A program made the position numbers and the translations under genes. A stretch of DNA of 63,775 nucleotides, counting the filler, from Deltaproteobacteria bacterium (GTDB lineage Bacteria > JAUYMQ01), in the NCBI GenBank assembly GCA_030698575.1. It is 14 parts of 14 records of this genome, joined end to end, with 100 filler letters (N's around TTAATTAATTAA, not from the genome) between each part and the next. Parts side by side here need not be neighbours in the genome. Positions count along the whole stretch, not along the records: positions 58,067 to 61,105 come from JAUYMQ010000515.1; positions 61,206 to 63,775 come from JAUYMQ010000611.1; 12 more parts are not named here. One strand, written 5' to 3'. How positions within the stretch are numbered: the stretch's first letter is position 1; each line of letters begins with the position of its first letter. This document shows positions 59,193 through 63,775 of this stretch, in pieces. Under the pieces are notes generated by a model that was not told where the DNA came from, made no database searches, and worked only from the letters and a program-made list of their open reading frames with translations.

Positions 59193-59233
59193 GGCGTTGG
59201 GGACCGGGGACGAATCGCGGAGGGCACAGCAGG

Positions 59234-60955
59234 ATGAAGTACAAGCCGATCGCCAAAACTCCTTGGGAAGATATGGCCATCAAGTCCAACCTGCGAGACT
59301 ACGAGGCGACCCGCCGGGACTTCGATTGGGAAACCGTCAGGAGCAGCCTCAGCTGGCTGCCCGGCGGGGGTCTGAACATGGCCTTCGAAGCCATAGACCG
59401 CCACTGCTTGACCTGGCGCAAGAACAAGGTTGCCCTCCACTGGATAAGCAAAAACCTTACCGCAGAGAAGTACACCTTCCAGGACCTGAAGCGCCTGACA
59501 GACCGCTTCGCGAACGTGCTTCAAGACCTGGGCCTGCAGAAAGGCGATCGGGTCTTCATATTCCTGGGACGCATCCCGGAGCTCTATATCGCCGCTTTTG
59601 GAACGCTGAAGGCGGGAGGCGTGGTCGGCCCCTTGTTCTCCGCCTTTGGGCCGGAGGCCATCCGGGACCGGCTGCGCGACAGCGGCGCCAAGGTCCTGGT
59701 TACCTGCCCGGAACTGAAGGTGCGGGTGGATGAGATTCGTGCCGAGCTGCCGGACCTCCAGCACATCATAGTGGTTGAACGTGACCAGCCGGCTGGAAGC
59801 TCGCTGGGCGCGGGAGAGATAAACTACCGGGACGCCATGGCCCAGGCATCGAGACAGGCCAAGATCGTCCAGACCACCGCTGATGACTACGCCGTGATGC
59901 ACTACACCTCCGGCACGACCGGCAAGCCCAAGGGGGCGATCCTGACACAGGCGAACTACTTCATCCCCAACGGCTACATCAACGCCATCGAGTGGGGCCT
60001 CACGGCGGCGGACCGCCAGCTCATCACCACCCCGCTGACCCACCGCACGGCTTTCGGGCGGGTCATCAACATGCTGTGCTTGGGCACGACGCTGGTCATC
60101 CTGCCGAAGTTCGATCCGCGCGAGACGGCGCGCCTGTGCGCCGCGGAGCGCATCACCGTGCTGGGCATGGTGCCCACCGTGGGCCGCATGCTGCTGCCGG
60201 AAATCGAGGCCTCGGCGCGCTCGTTCGCGAGCCTGCGCGTGATGGTCGCGACCGGGGAAGCGTTCCCGCGCGAGGTCAAGGAGCGCATCCTCCGCGCGCT
60301 GCCGCACGTCGGCATCCACTCCTACTTCGCCATGACCGAGTGCGGCGCGCTCACCAGTCTGGGTCCGGCGCACCAGCTCTCGCATCCGAACTCGGTCGGC
60401 CGGCTGGTACCGGGCGTGGAGGTGCGTTTCGTCGATGCCGCGGGACGCGACACTGCGCCGGGCGAGGCGGGCGAGCTGTGGGTCCGCAGCGGCGAGCCCG
60501 GGCGCTTTCTCACCCTGCGCGGCTACTGGGGACAACCCGCGGAGACCGCGGCCGCTCTACACGACGGGTGGTTCGCCACCGGCGACATGGGGCGCATGGA
60601 CGCGAACGGCTTTCTCTACATCGTCGACCGCAAGAAGGACATGGTCCTCTCGGGGGGCTACAACATCTATTCGAAGGAGGTCGAACTGGCGATCCTCGAA
60701 CATCCGTCGGTGCTGGACGTCGCGGTGGTGGGCGTCCCGGACGCGGTGTACGGCGAAGCGGTGGCCGCCTTCGTCGAGCTGAAGCCGGGCGCCGCGCTCA
60801 CCGAGGAACAGCTTGTCGCCCATTGCCGCGACCGCATCGCCGGCTACAAGAAGCCCAGGCACGTGCGCTTCGTCGGCCAGTTGCCGAGAAACAGCGTGGG
60901 GAAGATCATCAAGTACAAGCTGCGCGAGGAACTCGCGGCGGCCGCGGCAAGCTGA
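59234..60955 (+). CDS. AMP-binding CoA ligase: AcsA-like N-terminus, fatty-acyl-CoA-ligase-like C-terminus (probable chimera)
   Basis: GLNMAFEAIDRH and GPLFSAFGPEA..DRL are AcsA-type. After YTSGTTGKPKG the sequence (TPLTH, TGDMG, DRKKDMVLSGG.NIY) is FACL-type. Confidence 0.8.
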   Translation: MKYKPIAKTPWEDMAIKSNLRDYEATRRDFDWETVRSSLSWLPGGGLNMAFEAIDRHCLTWRKNKVALHWISKNLTAEKYTFQDLKRLTDRFANVLQDLGLQKGDRVFIFLGRIPELYIAAFGTLKAGGVVGPLFSAFGPEAIRDRLRDSGAKVLVTCPELKVRVDEIRAELPDLQHIIVVERDQPAGSSLGAGEINYRDAMAQASRQAKIVQTTADDYAVMHYTSGTTGKPKGAILTQANYFIPNGYINAIEWGLTAADRQLITTPLTHRTAFGRVINMLCLGTTLVILPKFDPRETARLCAAERITVLGMVPTVGRMLLPEIEASARSFASLRVMVATGEAFPREVKERILRALPHVGIHSYFAMTECGALTSLGPAHQLSHPNSVGRLVPGVEVRFVDAAGRDTAPGEAGELWVRSGEPGRFLTLRGYWGQPAETAAALHDGWFATGDMGRMDANGFLYIVDRKKDMVLSGGYNIYSKEVELAILEHPSVLDVAVVGVPDAVYGEAVAAFVELKPGAALTEEQLVAHCRDRIAGYKKPRHVRFVGQLPRNSVGKIIKYKLREELAAAAAS

Positions 60956-61205
60956 ATTACGCCCCCGCCCAATTGGAGAGCTGCGATGTTGCGCGGACGG
61001 GTTCCCGTCCGCGCGGATCACTGATTCTGCACGGATAAAAACCATCCGTGCAGAATCAGCGATCTTGAATAAAAGCCCAGAACCGTTTTTGCTGCTAATC
61101 AGAACNNNNNNNNNNNNNNNNNNNNNNNNNNNNNNNNNNNNNNNNNNNNTTAATTAATTAANNNNNNNNNNNNNNNNNNNNNNNNNNNNNNNNNNNNNNN
61201 NNNNN

Positions 61206-62314
61206 GCACGGTCCTCGAGTTCCGGGGCGCGGACTTCGAGCACCTGATGGCCGACTACCCGGACATCGAGTTCCGGCTGCTGCTCAAGATGAGCGAGCGG
61301 CTTCGCAACGCCAACGAGCAGGTGATGGGGCTCCAGGGGACCCTCGACGAGAAGCTCAAGATCTTCAACCTCAAGCTGGACACCGAGCAGAGGCTCGTCG
61401 ACGTCACGCTCAAGGCCGCCCAGACGATGTTCGATCAGACCAAGCTCCGCGCCGACGAAGTGATCAGCAGCGCCGAGCGGAGCCGCGGCCGACTCCAGTG
61501 GGCGGCGACAGTGATCGGCGGATTCATCACCGCTGTCATCGCGGTGCTGGGCTTCGTCGGTGCGAAGCAGATCTACGACATCAACCAGGTCAAGAACGAG
61601 ACTGCGAGTTTCCGCGATGGCGCAAAGACCGCAAGCGGCGAGATGGAGAAGCACGTCCTGAAGATACAGGAAGTCGTCAACACGATCACGCAGAGTCGGG
61701 ACGCGATCCGGGAGGCGGTCGAGGTCAGCCAGACGGCAAAGAAGGAGATCGACCCCCTGAAGCAAGAGATGATTGCGGCGAGAGACCTCCTCGACGAGGC
61801 AAAGAAGAGCGTGTCCTACGTCCTGGTCCGGGGCCTGTTCGACGCGGTCCACGGGCGGTCCGCGGACGTCGCGAACCGATCCTATGTCAAGCTCAAGGGG
61901 CTGGGGGTCATGGACCCCTCCGACATGCAGCAACTGCTCTTCGAGCTCGACGAGGTTGTGGCCTCGGCGCTATCCCCGAAGGCGGACGACGCAACCCAGA
62001 AGGCATACGACTCCTTCGCGTTCCTCCTGCAACAGGTCGTGAACGACGCGCCGGGGTCCAAGGAGAAGGTGAAGGCCTACTATCTCCTCCTCGCTTACGC
62101 CATCGCGACCAATAAGGAAAAGGTCCCCGGGAAGAACCCGGAGCGGTCCCGTCAGGACGTGTACGCCGAGCTGCGGGAATTCCTGAAGAGCCACCCGGAG
62201 GCAAAGCTGCAAAAGACCGACATCTCCGACGAACTCCGCCAGAGGAGCAGCCAGCCGACCGGCCCGCTGTCCCGCGAGCTGCAGAGCCTCTATCAGCTCG
62301 CCATCAAGTCCTAG
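61206..62314 (+). CDS. cNMP-binding-domain membrane protein with coiled coil (5' truncated)
   Basis: VLEFRGADFEHLMADYPDI..LLKMSERLR is the cNMP C-helix pattern. One TM helix (WAATVIGG..GFVG), then a helical domain. Confidence 0.6.
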
Positions 62315-62326
62315 ATCGCGCTGGAC

Positions 62327-62578
62327 CTAGCGGCAGGCCCGGTCCCACCACACCAAACCGCTCGGTTCGAAGAGGTCGTCCTTGTCTTTCTGGCTGTTCT
62401 GATCCCGGCAGGCGGCGAGGGTCATGTCCGGGCGCTTGGTCCAGGGGGCGTTGAGCGCCGGGCGCATCTTGCAGCAGCCGGCCTGGGCCATCAGCGGGTT
62501 GCTGCATGGGGGCAGCAGCGACAGCGCGAATGCACCGAGGGACAGCCCCCCGACGAGCACGATCCATCTCATCCTCAT
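62327..62578 (-). CDS. Small exported Cys-containing protein
   Basis: GAGG RBS, signal peptide, GCC..C..WW..C pattern. Confidence 0.55.
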   Translation of the reverse strand: MRMRWIVLVGGLSLGAFALSLLPPCSNPLMAQAGCCKMRPALNAPWTKRPDMTLAACRDQNSQKDKDDLFEPSGLVWWDRACR

Positions 62579-62798
62579 CTCCGTGGCCTCCTCTCCCGGC
62601 AGCCCAGCCGATGGGGCCAGCCGCCGGACCGGTTGCTGACGTCGCGCCGACAAGGATAACGGACGGGACGGCATTGCACTCTCTTTTTCTTGCCCTGCCG
62701 GTCCCGGACTCGGGCACGCGTCAACTGGATCGGGCCGAGGCGGTCCAATCCTCGAGGCCGAAGGTGAAGGCGGCCCGGGTCTCCCCGCGCCACCGGGG

Positions 62799-63610
62799 TG
62801 TTGCGGGAGCCGTCACTTTCGGGTTCCGGTTGAAAGATCTCGTTGAGAATAGGCCCTGGGTCGAGAGGATGACATGAGATCCCCCAGGAGGACTATCTGA
62901 TGGAGACGATCGTGATCGCTCCGCAGTACCGCTTGAGAGTGAAGCAGCGGGTGGGCGTCGTCGCCTACGCGCTTGAGCATGGGCTCAAAGGGGCCAGCCG
63001 GCGCTTCGGGCTGGACCGCAAGACCGTCCGGGCCTGGGTGCGACGCCGGCGGGCGGCCGGGGCGACCGGGCTCCTGCCCCGGTACCCGAGGACCCGCCCC
63101 ACTCGCCTGCCTGACGAGGTGGTGCGGCGCATCGAGCCCGCGCGGCGAGCACTGCGCTACGGCGCGCCGCGGACGCGGATCTGGCTCCGGCGGGTGCACA
63201 AGCGCACCGTGTCCATTGCACCACCCGGCAGACCTTTCGGAAGCTCGGCCTGCCGCGGCTGGCCCGCGGTCGTGCACGCACGCCCACGCCGCGGCAGCTC
63301 ACGCTATTCGAGAAGCCGCACCCGGGTGACTCCGTCCAGGTGGATGTCAAGGTCGTGAAGATCGCCGGGCCGAAGGTGTTCCAATACACCGCTCTGGACG
63401 ACTGCCCCCGCCTGCGGGTCCTCCGCCTCTATCGGCGCCAGAATCAGGTGTCGAGTCTCGAGTGTTTTGCAGAGTTACGGAAAGCCTTCCCATTCCCGAT
63501 CCGCCAGCTCCAACATGGCAACGGCTCCGAGTTCCTCCTGGCCTTCTCGCTGCGTGTCCAGGAGGCGGGGATCCGGCACCGGTACATCCGGCCGCGCCGG
63601 CCGCAGCAGA
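62799..63610 (+). pseudogene. IS481-family transposase, frameshifted and truncated
   Basis: HTH ASRRFGLDRKTVRAW, frameshift near 63220, then PGDSVQVDVK, QYTALDD and NGSEF. Ends at RPRRPQQ before the catalytic E. Candidate left end TGTTGCG at 62799. Confidence 0.8.
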
Positions 63611-63775
63611 AGTCTCAGGCTTCATTCTGCAGCTCCTTTCGCACTTGCGTTGCACCCTGGGGATGCTGGCGACGATCCCGAAACCGCTTGCCCGGGTGCG
63701 CCCGGGGGAGGGGGCCCGTCGGTGGCGCGAACAGCATATCCCCGCGGTCATCGGCGCGCATGGCCTGAAGCACCC

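Noticed and set aside
9732-61205. Recurring TTAATTAATTAA motif as a repeat array or CRISPR
   Set aside because: It is always embedded in N-runs and is an artificial linker. Gene adjacency across these spacers has no biological meaning.
1-63775. CRISPR array or cas genes
   Set aside because: I saw no regularly spaced repeat-spacer structure and no cas motifs.

Overview
This window is not one locus. It is 14 unrelated, mostly high-GC contig fragments joined by 13 artificial 100-nt spacers (N-run + TTAATTAATTAA + N-run). Fragments: (1) 1-9731, virion gene cluster of a P22-like podovirus with a methyltransferase / methyltransferase-glycosyltransferase-like cassette inserted after the capsid genes. 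(2) 9832-14118, c-type cytochromes, PiT transporter and an IS. (3) 14219-17610, TA-like pair, TPR fragment and broken ATPase with duplicated relics. (4) 17711-20275, polysaccharide genes. (5) 20376-29168, housekeeping genes (cutA, dgt, HIT, aminotransferase, glcD/E). (6) 29269-32455, primase-helicase of a mobile element. (7) 32556-35106, complete IS1380-like element. (8) 35207-37747, phage fragment with terL, HNH, a four-tRNA array, a serine protease and a duplicated promoter. (9) 37848-45008, envelope-modification cluster. (10) 45109-48092, hydrolase and ilvD. (11) 48193-53022, acyl-CoA ligase, cofG, response regulator, ferritin-like protein, GMC oxidoreductase. (12) 53123-57966, acpS, gap-pgk-tpiA-secG, tRNA-Leu, rmuC. 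(13) 58067-61105, DUF433/PIN TA pair and a lysine riboswitch upstream of an apparently chimeric acyl-CoA ligase. (14) 61206-63775, cNMP-domain membrane protein and IS481 relic. Best leads: the phage putative virion-modification cassette (2257-4145), the lysine riboswitch in front of an AcsA-type gene (58985-59192), the phage tRNA/protease/duplicated-promoter block, and a putative Cys-ligated cytochrome plus PiT module. All family assignments come from motif recognition by eye; no searches were run.
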